A stretch of 64,000 nt of DNA. It comes from Eledone cirrhosa (taxonomy: Eukaryota). The position numbers and the translations under genes were made by a program. The stretch lies in NCBI GenBank assembly GCA_964016885.1, contig OZ024740.1, positions 147,622,001 to 147,686,000 on the forward strand. Reading direction: 5' to 3'. Shown piece by piece: positions 1 to 14,341 of the stretch (the stretch's first letter is position 1; each line of letters opens with the position of its first letter). Below the pieces are notes generated by a model. That model was not told the origin of the DNA. It saw nothing but the letters and a program-made list of their open reading frames with translations, and searched no databases.

Positions 1-93
1 TCGGGTTTTTATTTTCTAAAGTAGCAGGTGTTATGTGTGTGTGTATGTGTCTGTTTGGATGGTTAGCATATTATGGTGATGACATAATGTATA

Positions 94-300
94 TTAAACC
101 ATATTTAATGCTGGTCTATATTTTTGAATAAACATATTTTCCTTATTTATTCGTATTTGTTCTGGTGTATTGTTAGCGCAAAGGTAAAATGGGAAGACTT
201 GGAATTTGGATGTCTTACTACTTGCGCATATGTCTAGATGTGCGCTCAGTGGTATCTGTCTCGTGGTTGGATCTCGTAATTGTTGGCGATGAACTGTCAT
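94..300 (-). pseudogene. Penelope-like element GIY-YIG endonuclease C-terminal fragment
   Basis: RMTVHRQQ..PLSAHLDIC..FQVFPFY..RINKENMFIQKYRPALN resembles the GIY-YIG C-terminus and the fragment at 50306-50611. Confidence 0.7.
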
Positions 301-908
301 TCAAACAGACACATACACACACATTTCTACTAATAGAATCATCTTCCAATACACACACACACACACACACACACACAAGCACACAAATAAACATACACAT
401 CTTTACTTTCTTTACTTCAATAGAAAATCTGAATTCTGACACCCCAGCGAACTAACCATATTCACTGAACCAGAACAATTCTCCCATCCAATTTCTCTTC
501 ACTATTATCTTTTGCTTGTCATAAAATTATCTAAAAAGGCTACAGAAAAGATTTCCAAATAAGGGCGCGAAAATTTAATGAAAACTTGTTCACGTGACAG
601 CCATAATTTCATTTATAACCAATCAAATTACGTTTATTAAAAAAAAGCCTTCGTGAGCCCCTTTTTTTTAAGTAAAAAGAAATTCAAACACTCATATATG
701 AAAAAATAACCTGTGCCCCCCCCCCTCCCTTGTTTGAAGAACTTTGTAACGCGAACTGGCGCGAAATTTATTATAATTATTGACCAACCAATCAAATTAC
801 TTCTCTAAAAACCTGGCATTTCGAGCCACTTTTTTTCCATATAAAGCAAGTAACATTCAGAGACCAACCAGATGTGAGAAAAACCACAGACCCTCCATCT
901 CAACTCTA

Positions 909-944
909 CTTTTGAAAAGCAGAAGAACTGCGAAACCGGTAAAG
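909..944 (+). ncRNA. Minimal type I hammerhead (U3-A8 core) in a Penelope-type 3' end (to ~1088)
   Basis: CTT TTGAAAA GCAG-aagaa-CTGC GAAA CCGG TA AAG; same family at 6488-6760 and 46397-46697. Confidence 0.75.
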
Positions 945-1080
945 GAACCAAATAAATATATATATATATTTTTTTAAATAAGACTCCAGTTGCATTTTCG
1001 ATTTCATCTTTTTTTTCTTTATACTTTCACTCGTGTAGGACACCTAGGTTATTTTTCATTTTGTAAAAAAAAACTCTCAC

Positions 1081-1211
<131 letters not shown>

Positions 1212-1281
1212 AAGAGAGCGAGAGAGAAAGAATAAGAAAATGCAAAGTAGTTTCAGATGTTAAAGTTCTTTATTGATAAAG

Positions 1282-1356
1282 GCTGTGATACATATTTCGA
1301 TTATGACAGTGGCCACGCGATTCCACGTACCCAGTCCCATGATCTCATCAGACAGC
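1282..1356 (-). ncRNA. Type I hammerhead ribozyme
   Basis: minus strand GCTGT CTGATGA GATCATG..CATAATC GAAA TATGTA TC ACAGC. Confidence 0.8.
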
Positions 1357-1437
1357 TTCTTACATTATAAGGTTACGTTCCCGAGGCAATCCAAATTGAA
1401 ACGAGAAGAAGACAGACAAAGTGGTGCTCGTGAGGCC

Positions 1438-1488
<51 letters not shown>

Positions 1489-2121
1489 GTAGAACTAAGG
1501 AAGTAAGGGAAAGGGGAAACCCAACCCAAAGGCGTGTGTCCAATCGCTATGTTAAGAAGAGACGAGAAGAGATAGGAGCAGTGGGCGGGATTCTACTCTA
1601 CGTCTCTAACAAACTAACTATTTAGAGAGATATTATATGTTGATAAAATCCAATCTTGGGTATCAACACACACGCCACATTTTTTATCTCCATGTTTCAT
1701 CCTCTACCCTTTGTTTATAATTTGGTTTTGCTAATGACAAACTATCTCCAACGTAATTTCTTTCGCTCATAAACGTCAATGCAAACTGTGATGAATAAAT
1801 TACAAAATTGTAATGAGTTCTGGTGGCTTCAATAATTGTTTCGTGTCTGCAATTAAGATGGCTAAATTCTCTGACGCCTCCGACAAAAGAAATGGTGAAT
1901 GCCATGCTTACACCCGCACACACATACACACACACACCCCAATAAATCAAGATTATAAATACACTACCCTTGACAATTCTTAAACTCAGCGTAATCTACC
2001 CGCACCACTATAATAGCATAGTTTTTTTTTCTTATCCATCCCTACCTAAGTAATGAAACATGCAGTCACGCATACACACACTTGCGCAGCCACATACTCA
2101 CACACTCCCGGAATATATATA

Positions 2122-2153
<32 letters not shown>

Positions 2154-2261
2154 GAAAGATTTGAATGGATACAGTTTAGTTGAAAGGAATTTATTGACAC
2201 GTGTTTCTATAACAGTTACATAACCTAAAACAGCTATCTACAAACTTTTAGTTATGCAGAC

Positions 2262-2306
2262 ATTCAATATTTCAATGTTATTGTTTACTGTCATTTCATC
2301 AGAATA
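2262..2306 (-). ncRNA. Hammerhead-like motif (weak stem I)
   Basis: minus strand CTGATGA AATG..CATT GAAA TA TT. Confidence 0.55.
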
Positions 2307-2900
2307 ATATTACTGAGGACCTATTTAGTTTTTATAGAGAATATTAGGAGGAAGGGGTGAAGTTGTTAGAAGAATAGTTGAAGGAGTGGTTTTTCGATAG
2401 CAGTGAGAATTCTTGGTGGCAGTGATTAATTAGATTCCCATCTGTTGTTTTGACATTTTTTATAGAATATATTATTGGTTATTTTTCTAAATCTATAGAA
2501 GGATTAGAGATAGTAAAGATATGCGTGGTTGGTTTTGTGTTTGCACTTAACATTCAGACTTAAATTTTTCTTTCAAGTGTACGTATTCTTTCACCCACGC
2601 ATTCACACACAAATATATTTGCACACCTCTACAAAATACATATACTCACAATTCACATATTCATACTTACATATATATACACATGCATACACATATATAT
2701 ACACACATGTATTCATGTACATACATACGCGCTCATGTGTATACATTTTCATACTCAACTTATCTTTATATATACACACGTATAGACACACACATATATA
2801 CATACATACTCTAGTCCATGTGTACACACATACACATACATACACATCCATATACACACACATACATACACATCCATATACACATACACAACGGAAAAAA

Positions 2901-3006
<106 letters not shown>

Positions 3007-3053
3007 AAGAAGTGTAAGTTAACAGGTTAAAATTAACTTCGTTTATTCATATT

Positions 3054-3112
3054 CGCTGTTATATATATTTCGGTAATAACCATTATTCAACAGCTATGAC
3101 CTCATCGGCAGT
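3054..3112 (-). ncRNA. Hammerhead-like motif (CCGATGA core)
   Basis: minus strand CTG CCGATGA GGT..ACC GAAA TATATA TA ACAG, next to (TA)n. Confidence 0.6.
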
Positions 3113-3519
3113 TAGGATTTGAACAGAAAAACAAGAAAAAAATATGTTGGAATAGATTTTACCTTGTTAATTCGTTGATATGTTCAGAACCGGAGTGTGA
3201 TGTTATTCATCCAAGGAAGCGCTCCCCCAACTACCCCGGAGAGATCTCCCGTTTGCTGCTGGCGACACTCGAAATTTCGCATTTTTAATGAATTGGTGCT
3301 AGCAATATAATCACCTAAGTTGGGCGAAGTAGAAAACGATCCTGGTACCGACTACGACCAACCCACCATTAGGACGCGACCCACCGAGTGCCGTGAATGG
3401 GCACCCAGCCGACGGCAATCTCCTTGCACCGACGGCAATCTCATTGCACCCACGGACCGACATGGAGGAAGCGCAGCGCAGGTCACAACGGGCTATCGCC
3501 CGTGGGTTATGAGCAGGCA

Positions 3520-3963
3520 CCCTCACATCCGGACTTGTAACTATTGCAGCAGTCACAATGCCCTCTTCAGGGCAAATCCTTGCTGAAAAACATCGTGTTC
3601 AAATGTATGGTTGAGACACGTAACACGAGGCACAACTACATTGGTGCAACATCCACGACCTTTAAGTGGAGGATGTATAACCACACAAATTCGTTCAAGG
3701 ACCGGACTAAGAGACGCTCCACTAACATGGCGGACTTAATCTGGGGGTTGAAAGATAGCGGCACGGACTACAAGCTCCACTGGAGTATGGTGCAACCTGC
3801 CGCTGCGTATTTCGTGGGTGATGGCCGATTCAAGCTCTGGGTGGCGGAAGCCATGGTGATAGTAAGATTAAAAAATAATTCGGTTAACCCCAAATCTGTG
3901 ATCATCATGGCATGCAGGCACCACAGGAATTGCACGTTTTCTGCACTAGATTTTCCCGGATAG
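3520..3963 (+). pseudogene. Penelope-like GIY-YIG endonuclease remnant
   Basis: CPLQGK..NIVFKC..NYIGATSTTFKWRMYNH..W..ACRH; same layout as the 27684-28952 C-terminus. Confidence 0.8.
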
Positions 3964-4190
3964 GAGCGAAACGAGTTTTGCGCCCAACATATCATACATT
4001 GTAGGCGGACCTGTTCATACATCCAATTTGTTCATACATCACGGATTTCGAATGGTATCTATCTGTGGTCCGGTATCTCTTCCTTACGGACAATGCAGTA
4101 ATTATTGACCATTCACCCATTCTGTTTGTATAATCCTAAATTTCTTGACACCTATAACTTCTCCAAATAACCCACCTTTATTATATTATG

Positions 4191-4603
4191 TGGTGGATTG
4201 GCAGTATCGGTAGAGGGTCGGACGCCTTTCTTTGACGCATAGAGTTACGGTTCTTTATGGTCTGAGTTCAAATCTCGCCGAGGTTAACTTTGTCTTTCAT
4301 CCTTACGGGGTCGATGAAATAAAGTACCAGTAATGCACTGGGATAATTGCTGACCTTGTGCCAAAAAGTAGAAACAATTATATTATGTTGTAATAAAGGG
4401 CGGTGGATTGGCAGTATCGGTAGAGGGTCGGACGCCATGCTTTGCAGCAAAGAGTTACGGCCCTTTATTGCCTGAGTTAAAATCCCGCCGAGGTTAACTT
4501 TGCCTTTCATCCTTACGGGGTCGATAAAATAAAGTACCAGTAATACACTGGTATAATTGCTGGCCTTGTGCCAAAAGTAGAAACAATTATATTATGTTGT
4601 AAT
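4191..4603 (+). mobile_element. Two tandem copies of a tRNA-derived SINE (4191-4390, 4398-4600)
   Basis: A-box-like TGGCAGTATCGG, B-box GAGTTCAAATC, core GCCTTTCATCCTTACGGGGTCGATAAAATAAAGTACCAG, AT-rich tail. Confidence 0.85.
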
Positions 4604-4701
4604 CCAGCATATTTCATTTATAACACGCTAGTATACCCACACGTGTGATTCTTGTACATTTGCGTATATGTGGTTGTATGTATACTCCCACACGTGCACA
4701 T

Positions 4702-4831
4702 CAGTGGCGAAGGGTAACCTGGAAAGCAGGGCATGCAGTCCAATCGCCATGGCGGAAAGTGGGGCTGTGCAGCCTTACCACCCCAATTCCCTCTAAATGA
4801 CCCTCCCGGTCAAAGCCGCATGTAGTGTTAT

Positions 4832-4879
<48 letters not shown>

Positions 4880-5153
4880 GTTTTTATGTGTCTACGATTT
4901 AGTAAGCAGCCAAAATTCTGCTTGATTCAACCGACGCTGTCGTGTGTTTGTTTGTATGTGTGTGTGTGTGTTATCTTTTTATGTGTCTACGATTTAGTAA
5001 GCAGCCAAAATTCTGCTTGCCCCAAAGCTGTCGTGTGTTTGTGTGTATGTGTGTATGTGTGTGTGTGTGTGTTATCTTTTTATGTGTCTACGATTTAGTA
5101 AGCAGCCAAAATTCTGCTTGCCCCAAAGCTGTCGTGTGTTTGTGTGTGCGCGC

Positions 5154-5184
<31 letters not shown>

Positions 5185-5267
5185 TGTGTGTTATCTTTTT
5201 ATGTGTCTACAATTTACTAAGCAGTCAAAATTCTGCTTGCCCCAAAGCTGTCGTGTGTTAGTGTGTA

Positions 5268-5319
<52 letters not shown>

Positions 5320-5702
5320 CTTTTTATGTGTCTACGATTTAGTAAGCAATCAAAATTCTGCTTGCCCCAAAGCTGTCGTGTGTTTGTGTGTATGTGTGTG
5401 TGTGTGTGTGTTATCTTTTTATGTGTCTACGATTTAGTAAGCAGACAAAATTCTGCTTGCCCCAAAGCTGTCGTGTGTTTGTGTGTATGTGTGTGTGTGT
5501 ATGTGTGTGTGTGTATGTGTGTGTGTGTGTGTGTTATCTTTTTATGTGTCTACGATTTAGTAAGCAGCCAAAATTCTGCTTGCCCCAAAGCTGTCGTGTG
5601 TTTGTGTGTATGTGTGTGTGTGTATGTGTGTGTGTGTGTGTTATCTTTTTATGTGTCTACGATTTAGTAAGCAGCCAAAATTCTGCTTGCCCCAAAGCTG
5701 TC

Positions 5703-5763
<61 letters not shown>

Positions 5764-6015
5764 CTTTTTATGTGTCTACGATTTAGTAAGCAATCAAAAT
5801 TCTGCTTGCCCCAAAGCTGTCGTGTGTTTGTGTGTGTGTGTGTGTGTGTTTGTGTGTGTATATATATGTGTGTGTTTGTGTGTGTTATCTATTTTGTGTC
5901 TATACGTTTTAGTAAGCAGCCAAAATTCTGCTTGCTTCAACCGAGGCAATTGATCAACTCAAGATTCTATAACGCATGCACTGCATGTGTTGCATGCACG
6001 GACCCTTCGCCCCTG
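4702..6015. mobile_element. hAT-like non-autonomous DNA transposon (MITE)
   Basis: TIRs CAGTGGCGAAGGGT / ACCCTTCGCCCCTG; perfect 8-bp TSD GTGCACAT at 4694-4701 and 6016-6023. Confidence 0.85.
4835..5945. repeat. Minisatellite, ~10 units of a ~70-bp core plus variable (TG)n
   Basis: repeated GTTATCTTTTTATGTGTCTACGATTTAGTAAGCAGCCAAAATTCTGCTTGCCCCAAAGCTGTCGTGTGTTTG. Confidence 0.95.
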
Positions 6016-6070
6016 GTGCACATATCTATGAAGTATTTTACTTTATTGTTATTATTATTATTGTACTAGT

Positions 6071-6268
6071 TTGGCAGTATCGGTAGAGGGTCGGACAACA
6101 GGCTTTGCAGCACAGAGTTACGCCCCTTTCTGATCTGAGTTCAAATCCTGCCGAAGTTAACTTTGCCTTTCATCCTTACAGGGGCGAGGCGATAAAATAA
6201 AGTACCAGTAATGCATTGGGATAATTGCTGGCCTTGTGCCCAAAGTAGAAACAATTATTATTATTATT
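6071..6268 (+). mobile_element. tRNA-derived SINE
   Basis: same family as 4191. Confidence 0.85.
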
Positions 6269-6461
6269 GTTTTCGTTTTCTGCTTTTTTAAATCTTTTTT
6301 TATCTTTATTTTTTTGGGGATATATATATATCTATTTTGTATGTTTATGTGTGTGTATATTTATATGTATATGTATGTGTATATATGTGTGTGTATATAT
6401 ATGAGTATGTATGTGTATATATGCGTATGTATGTGTATGTATATATGTATGTGTGTGTGCG

Positions 6462-6487
<26 letters not shown>

Positions 6488-6492
<5 letters not shown>

Positions 6493-6754
6493 GTGAGGTT
6501 TTTTTTACAAATTGGAAAATAACCGAGGTGTCCTACACGAGTGAAAGTATAAAGAAAAAGAGATGAAATCGAAAATGCAACTGGAGTCTTATTTAAAAAA
6601 ATATATATATATATTTATTTGGTTCCTTTACCGGTTTCGCAGTTCTACTTTTGAAAAGCAGAAGAACTGCGAAACCGGTAAAGGAACCAAATAAATATAT
6701 ATATTTAAAAAAAAAAATAAGACTCCAGTTGCATTTTCGATTTCATCTCTTTTT

Positions 6755-6760
<6 letters not shown>
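6488..6760. mobile_element. Penelope-type foldback fragment with HHR (6648-6683, +)
   Basis: inverted copies of the 909-1088 family flanked by (TA)n. Confidence 0.75.
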
Positions 6761-6845
<85 letters not shown>

Positions 6846-6850
<5 letters not shown>

Positions 6851-7270
6851 GTTAGAATATGTGTAATAAGGCCAAGACAATGCAGATATGGACATAGAAA
6901 AAAGAATGCAATAGTGAGAGATATTGATGAGAATTCGTCTTTCACCTTGAATTTATTTAAATGTCCTTAATTTTCGAGATAATATCTCTTCTTCGGAGGG
7001 AAGTAAGTCTCAGACCAGCGTCTTGCATGGCTTCATTGGAAATTTAAGACGCTGGTCTGAGACTTTTACTTCCCTCCGAAGAAGAGATATTATCTCGAAA
7101 ATTAAGGACATTTAAATAAATTCAAGGTGAAAGACGAATTCTTATCAATATCTCTCACTATTGCATTCTTTTTTCTATGTCCATATCTGCATTGTCTTGG
7201 CCTTATTACACATATTCTAACGTTTATACCTCATTACACAATGCTTCAAGTGAACTATAACCTCCTCCCA
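6846..7270 (+). mobile_element. Penelope-type foldback (arms ~6846-7024 / 7046-7227) with ~43-nt tail; HHR 7073-7107 plus mirror copy
   Basis: near-perfect ~180-bp inverted repeat; CCT CCGAAGA A GAGAT-att-ATCTC GAAA AT TA AGG. Confidence 0.8.
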
Positions 7271-7779
7271 TATATATATATATATACATATACACAATAG
7301 TACAGCATATTCGAAGTTCGATCAGCAGCTAAGCCGACGAATGCCTTCAGCAGTGCAGCCAAGCACTCGACAAGGAATAGACCTCAGAGTAATAACATAC
7401 AGTTTAAAGGGCTTTGCAAATTGAAAATAACGACAGCTAATTCAGCCGCGTGATCTGTAGCAACGAAAGAACTGACTAGTGAGAAAAGGAAATGCACCAA
7501 CACACATATACACACACATACATATATACATATAAGAACATACATATATGCACATATATGCACATATCTGTATATATAACATACCTGCACCATCACTTCG
7601 AAATTACTGAATATCTAAGTGAGGTTTCTGTAAATCAGAAATGAACATATATATATGTGTGTGTATATGGATGTGTGTATGTATTTATATTTGTGTGTGT
7701 ACGTGTATGGGTGTGTATATGTACATGTGTGGTTATGCGCACATGTATATGTATATACGCATATGCATGTATGTATATA

Positions 7780-7811
<32 letters not shown>

Positions 7812-8039
7812 AATGAAAGGTATAGAAAAATATATATATATATATTTATTTATATATATATATTTATATGTATATATATATATGCATGAATATATATTGT
7901 ACATGTGTGTGAGGGGGTTGTTTGCATATGTATGTGTATGTATGTATGTATGTATGTATGTGTGTATTGGTTGTGTTTGTATACGTATGGGTGCATGTCC
8001 ATATGGGTATATGTGTGCAGTGATATACACTTGTGCACT

Positions 8040-8221
8040 AATAATAATTGTTTCTATTTTTGGCACAAGGCCAGCAATTATCCCAGTGCATTACTGGTAC
8101 TTTATTTTATCGACCCCGTAAGGATGAAAGGCAAAGTTAACCTCAGCGGGATTTTAACTCAGACAATAAAGGGCCGTAACTCTATGCGTCATAGCATGGC
8201 GTCCGATCCTCTCCCGATACT
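8040..8221 (-). mobile_element. tRNA-derived SINE
   Basis: reverse complement of the 4191 family. Confidence 0.85.
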
Positions 8222-8294
8222 AATAATATATATTACTTTTTTTATATAAACCGAACGTAACTGTGTCTATGTAGATATGGGTATATGTGTATGG

Positions 8295-8389
<95 letters not shown>

Positions 8390-8528
8390 ATGATGCCACA
8401 CTGATTCTTTGTTCCTTTATTCCTATACAATTAATACTCTGCTCTGCGAGAGCATCGAGTGTTCACCCGGCATACCGCCTACAGAGGCAATTACCTTGAA
8501 CCTCTACACCTATATATATATGTATGTA

Positions 8529-8614
<86 letters not shown>

Positions 8615-10397
8615 CGTGCGTGTGTGTGTGTGTGTGTGTGTGTGCGTGCGTGCGTGTGTGTGTGTGTGAATTAAAAAGTACCGAAGTCGTTGTTTATGAT
8701 TTACGTAGTAAGCTACGTACCTAAGACGAAGGTAGGCTGTAGATAAATAAGAATAAAATAGTAATAAAAAGTTAACCACAATATACAGTTGTAGTTATGT
8801 ACCATAATTATAAATCAATATTGTAACCATATAAGTTTGGTTGGCTGGGCACATACATGAGTGCGTATATACATACACACGCATACACATAGGTACATTA
8901 CACATTCACACACATACATGAGTGCATATATACATACACACGGATGCACATAGGTATATTACACACATATACATACATATACATTCACACACAAACATGA
9001 GTGCATACATAGATATATAGATATGGATACATATATATATATATGTATATATGTATGTATCCATATCTATATATGTATTTATGCACTCATGTATGTGTGT
9101 AAATGTATATGTATGTATATGTATTTATATGTACATATGTTTATGCGTGTGCATGATTGCATGTATGTATGCACTCATGTATGTGTGTGAATGTATATGT
9201 ATTTATATGTATGTAATGTACCTATGTGATATGGATACATATATACATATACATACGTACACACACATATACATATATATATATACACACAGATACAGAC
9301 ACACACATGCATACATACGTAAGTACATACATAGACACATACATACACATATATACATATACACACATACATATATACACATATACATACAAACCTACAT
9401 ACATTCGCACTTACACTCAAACAAACATACACACATACATACATGCATACACACAACATTTTCCTATAGTGTATATGTTTCTCTATATAGAATTCTTTGT
9501 CTCTCTGTCTGTTCCTATGCATTCTCTAACGGCGCCACCGTTCAAATTTTACAAGGTTAATAGTATTAGACCCCGGGAGTGTCAACTTGTAATTTTTATT
9601 TTCTTTTGGATTAAAACAATATAAGATTTTATCTAAAATAATATTTTTATAGTCAACTATAGTAAACCACGACGATGACGACGACGACTCACATTTTGTA
9701 TATGAGTGTGTATGTGTGTGTGAGTGTGTGTGTGAGTGTGTGTGTGTTGACTGACCATAACGATATTTTCTTTAGTCAACTATAGTAAACCACCACCACG
9801 ACAACGTCACGTTTTGTATATGAGTGTGCACACAGACAATTAAACACACACACACACATCTACACATACAGATACATGTTATGATAGGCAGGTGGGCGTG
9901 AATGTATGTCTATATGTGTTTGTCTTAGTATATGTATGTGAGTGTATGTGAGAGTGTGTGTGAGTGTATGTGAGAGTGTATGCGTGTGTGTGTATGTGAG
10001 AGTGTATATGTGTGTGAGTGCATGTGTGTGTGAGTGTATGTGAGAGTGTATGTGTGTGTGAGTGTATGTGGGATAATTTTTATTTTCATTTGGATTAAAA
10101 CAATAGTACATCACATTTTGTATATGAATATGTATGTGTCTGTGAGTGTGTGTGTATTTGCGCGTTCATTGGGTGTTATTAAATACACACACACACACAT
10201 ATCTACACATACATGAATTACACAATGAGTATTGTTTAGCCTAAGGTGTTTCAAGATTGACAGATTTTCATTTCTAAATTCTATTATCATTACAATTTTG
10301 ACATAAAAAAAAATGAAATATAGAATATTTTGAAATAATTATGAGGAAAAAAAACATTTTCATATTTATTGTTTACTAATCTGAATAAGAACAGCAG

Positions 10398-10428
10398 TAA
10401 CCCGAGTAACGCTGGGTAATTCAATTAG
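10398..10428 (+). mobile_element. Probable Helitron 3' end (5' end not located)
   Basis: hairpin ACCCGAGTAACGCTGGGT followed by AATTCAATTAG|T, like the 21368-21398 end. Confidence 0.45.
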
Positions 10429-10767
10429 TTTATATAATATATAAAAATAAAATGTAATCATAAAATTAGAATTTAGTTTTTCGCTCTAACATAGCGGATA
10501 TGTAGTAAATGTATTCGTGAGTTTTATATGGAATAATACTAATATTACGTTCGTTTCCAAGCAAACAGCAATTTTTATCTTAAAAAAAATGTTTTTTAAC
10601 ATCTTATAAAGAACCATAACCCTTAGAGGGAAAGCTTATACCCTTATATGGACAACTTATTATGTTACCTACACGTCAATCACATAAGCCACACCCCTGA
10701 TAAATAGCCAGTCCTCTGCAATTCTGTTTGCCGAAATGGCAAGAGTTCAGCTGTCGGCCGCCAGCTC

Positions 10768-10876
<109 letters not shown>

Positions 10877-10905
10877 GTGTGTGTGTGTGTGTGTGTGTCT
10901 GTGTG

Positions 10906-10977
<72 letters not shown>

Positions 10978-11073
10978 GAAGTAATTCCGTCGGAAAGGTA
11001 CGGGAAAAAAGAGTGCTCTATGTAGGCTACAGAGCTTATTAGTTATGTAATAAACAACATAAGATAATTATTT

Positions 11074-11130
11074 CATTTACCAGTGGTTTCTTGAAAGCAG
11101 ATATTGTATCTGTTTTCAGTCGTCAGAATG
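11074..11130 (-). ncRNA. Type I hammerhead in Penelope-type 3' end (10975-11130)
   Basis: CATT CTGACGA (CTGAAA..TTTCAA) GAAA CCACTGG TA AATG; same family at 35458 and, diverged, at 53255-53420. Confidence 0.85.
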
Positions 11131-11623
11131 AATTAAAAAAACATGGTGTTTTTATTAAATATGGATTTGAAAACAAAATTTAAGAAATATGAAAGTGAGG
11201 CTGAGAAAAAAACGGGCGAAAAAGAAGAGGGGAAAAATATATATATATATAAACAATAAATATATAGAACGTAAACATACACACACTAAACCACGCACAT
11301 ATACTTAAAAAGTACGAAGACGTATACTTTTTCACATAAGCGTATTAGCGTCTACAGACAGGGACATAAATACATACACATAGATATACAAGAAGTAATG
11401 AATAAATAAAAACAAAAAATATACAAAATCAAAAACAAAATAAAGACAAAAAGGAGACGTGTTGACAACGATAAGTATGAGTGTGTGGCGGGAGGGGGGG
11501 GGGGAATAAAAACAACTTAAAAATAAACAAATACACGAGATATGCATATACATAATTATATATATATATAAATATACACATACATACATACACACGCACA
11601 CACACATATATATGCATAGATAA

Positions 11624-13374
11624 AACCGTGTAACATATGTTTTGTTCCCCGGATCTAAGTGTCATTTCATGGTTTGTTATATCCCATTATTATTTAAAAA
11701 AAACACTATTATTTAATCAGAAGTTTGGGTTTCTTGTCAGGAGTTTGATATTTCAAAATTTTCATATTTTTCAAGAAAAAACACATTTAAAAAAAATTTA
11801 TCAGTTCATATAATTAAATCAACAGAGTATATATTTATTTTATTACACAAGCTTATCAAAAGCAAACAAGTAAAACAAATAACACTTATAAAGCAACTGA
11901 TACACTTCAGAAATGACTGGATTTCCTGGATTTGGTTGTAGTCCAGGTCGCATTCCCGCACTAGCCCCCATATATAGTCTCCCCCCCCCCCCATCATTTT
12001 TTCATTGTAGTGGTCCTGGTACCTCCGCTCTATCTCTTTCACATCTTGGTGGAATCGTTCGCCTTGTTCTTCTGAGTAGGCGCCCATATTGTCCTTGAAT
12101 ATTTACAGGAGAGCGTCCAGCATATGGAGTTTAAGCGACATTCTGCATCCCATGGCGCCAAAAGCCTTTATCAGATCCTGCACCAGTTGCTGGTAGTTTT
12201 CAGCTCTGTAGTTGCCCAGGAAGCCCTTAACAACTGCCTTGAAACAGTTCCATGCTGTTCTCTCAATCCTATTGAGCTTATTGGAGAACTCGGTAGACTC
12301 AAACACCTTCTTTATCTGAGGTCCAACAAAAATTCCACCTTTGATTTTGGCCTCAGATAACTTGGGAAAGAACTCAAGAAGGTACTTAAATGCAACTGAT
12401 TCTTGGTTGAAAACCTTCACAAACTGCTCCATCAACCCCAACTTAATGTGCAGTGGCGGCATGAGCACAATCCTGGGATCAACCAGTGGCTCCCACATGA
12501 CGTTCCGGGTCCCAACTACAAATTCTGTTCGCTGCTCCCAGTTCTTTCTTTTGTAGTGGTCAGAGGTGACTCTGCTGTCCCAAAGGCAGAGGAAGCATTG
12601 GAATTTGATAGAGCCTCCTTGGAGTCCAAGCAGGAAAGCCACCATCTTGAAGTCTCCAATGATTTCTCAATTGTACTGGTTGTATTGCAGAGCTTCCAAG
12701 AGGACTTTCATACTGTAGTAATCTTTCTTCAGGCAGACTGAATGAGCTAGGGGCAGTGTCGGGAACTTGTTTCCATTGTGGAGGAGGACAGCCTTCAAAC
12801 TTGTGGTGGAGCTGTCTATAAATAGCTGCCACTCCTTGGGCACAAACGGCACTCCAATAACGTCAAACAGTCCAGGCACGTCATGGCAGAAGCAGAGCCC
12901 ATCCCTAAGAGTGTAAAAGCCTGAGAAAGGTTCGTGTCGACTTCTCTGACTTGTCACCTGCACTTCCTACTTGACTTCCACTGCTTCATCCTGGAGACGA
13001 ATGCTTAAAACACAACTTACCCTTTATCCAGGGTGCGAAAATCCAGTATCAATAAATCTTTTTAATCCACTTTTTAACAATTTTATACTTTATTGCACTT
13101 TTATAATTTTCTTTAGGTATTACTCTTTATTTTATAATTTTAATTTAACCTGAAACATATATAAAAAAATCCTTTAACATAAGCAAATTAAACTTACATA
13201 AAACGTAAAATCCAGCATACAAATAATTCTAGTGAATAGCTTAGAATTTTTACAAACCCAAACTTTTAGCTGTTTAATAGCACTTTTTTTTTAAAATTTA
13301 TTTTGGACCTAAGCAACACAAAAAAGTGATTACAAGCCAGGAGCAGAGAAAATTTTTTTTTTTGTTACACGGTG
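11624..13374 (-). mobile_element. Chapaev3-like (CMC) DNA transposon with decayed transposase (~11900-13000)
   Basis: TIRs (A)ACCGTGTAACA / TGTTACACGGTG; motifs LGLQGG..CFLCLWDSR, PPLHIKLGL, GIFVGPQI, SEEQGERFHQD; frameshifted. Confidence 0.75.
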
Positions 13375-13412
13375 GAATCATACACACGTATAAAAAACAC
13401 ACTCACATATGC

Positions 13413-13452
<40 letters not shown>

Positions 13453-13832
13453 GCACAAAAATATAAAATAAACATACGTACACATACACATACACATGCG
13501 TGCAAAAATTCATATACACATACACAACCACACGCATACATAAACATGCATACAACCATATTACACACACATCCACATACATACACATAAAAGTCTACAA
13601 TAAAGAGCATTGGTTCAAAACCTACGTACATACGTATACAAATGCGTGTGCGCACACGCGCGTAATAAGAAATCAACACACGCATACAAAAACCCATACG
13701 TAAATCCATACACACATAATAACCCATATATACAAAAGCATATATACAGCCGCATACACACACAAATACGTAAACACATGCATATAACCATATATAAATA
13801 TAATATAAACAGATACAAACACACACACACAT

Positions 13833-14265
<433 letters not shown>

Positions 14266-14267
14266 TG

Positions 14268-14339
<72 letters not shown>

Positions 14340-14341
<2 letters not shown>

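Noticed and set aside
1684-1950. Host exon
   Set aside because: No supportable gene context; one frame weakly resembles a Penelope GIY-YIG C-terminus
4191-4280. tRNA gene
   Set aside because: A/B boxes belong to a multi-copy SINE head; no full cloverleaf seen
4835-5945. CRISPR-like repeat/spacer pattern
   Set aside because: Spacers are just (TG)n, repeats are ~70 bp, no cas genes, eukaryotic context
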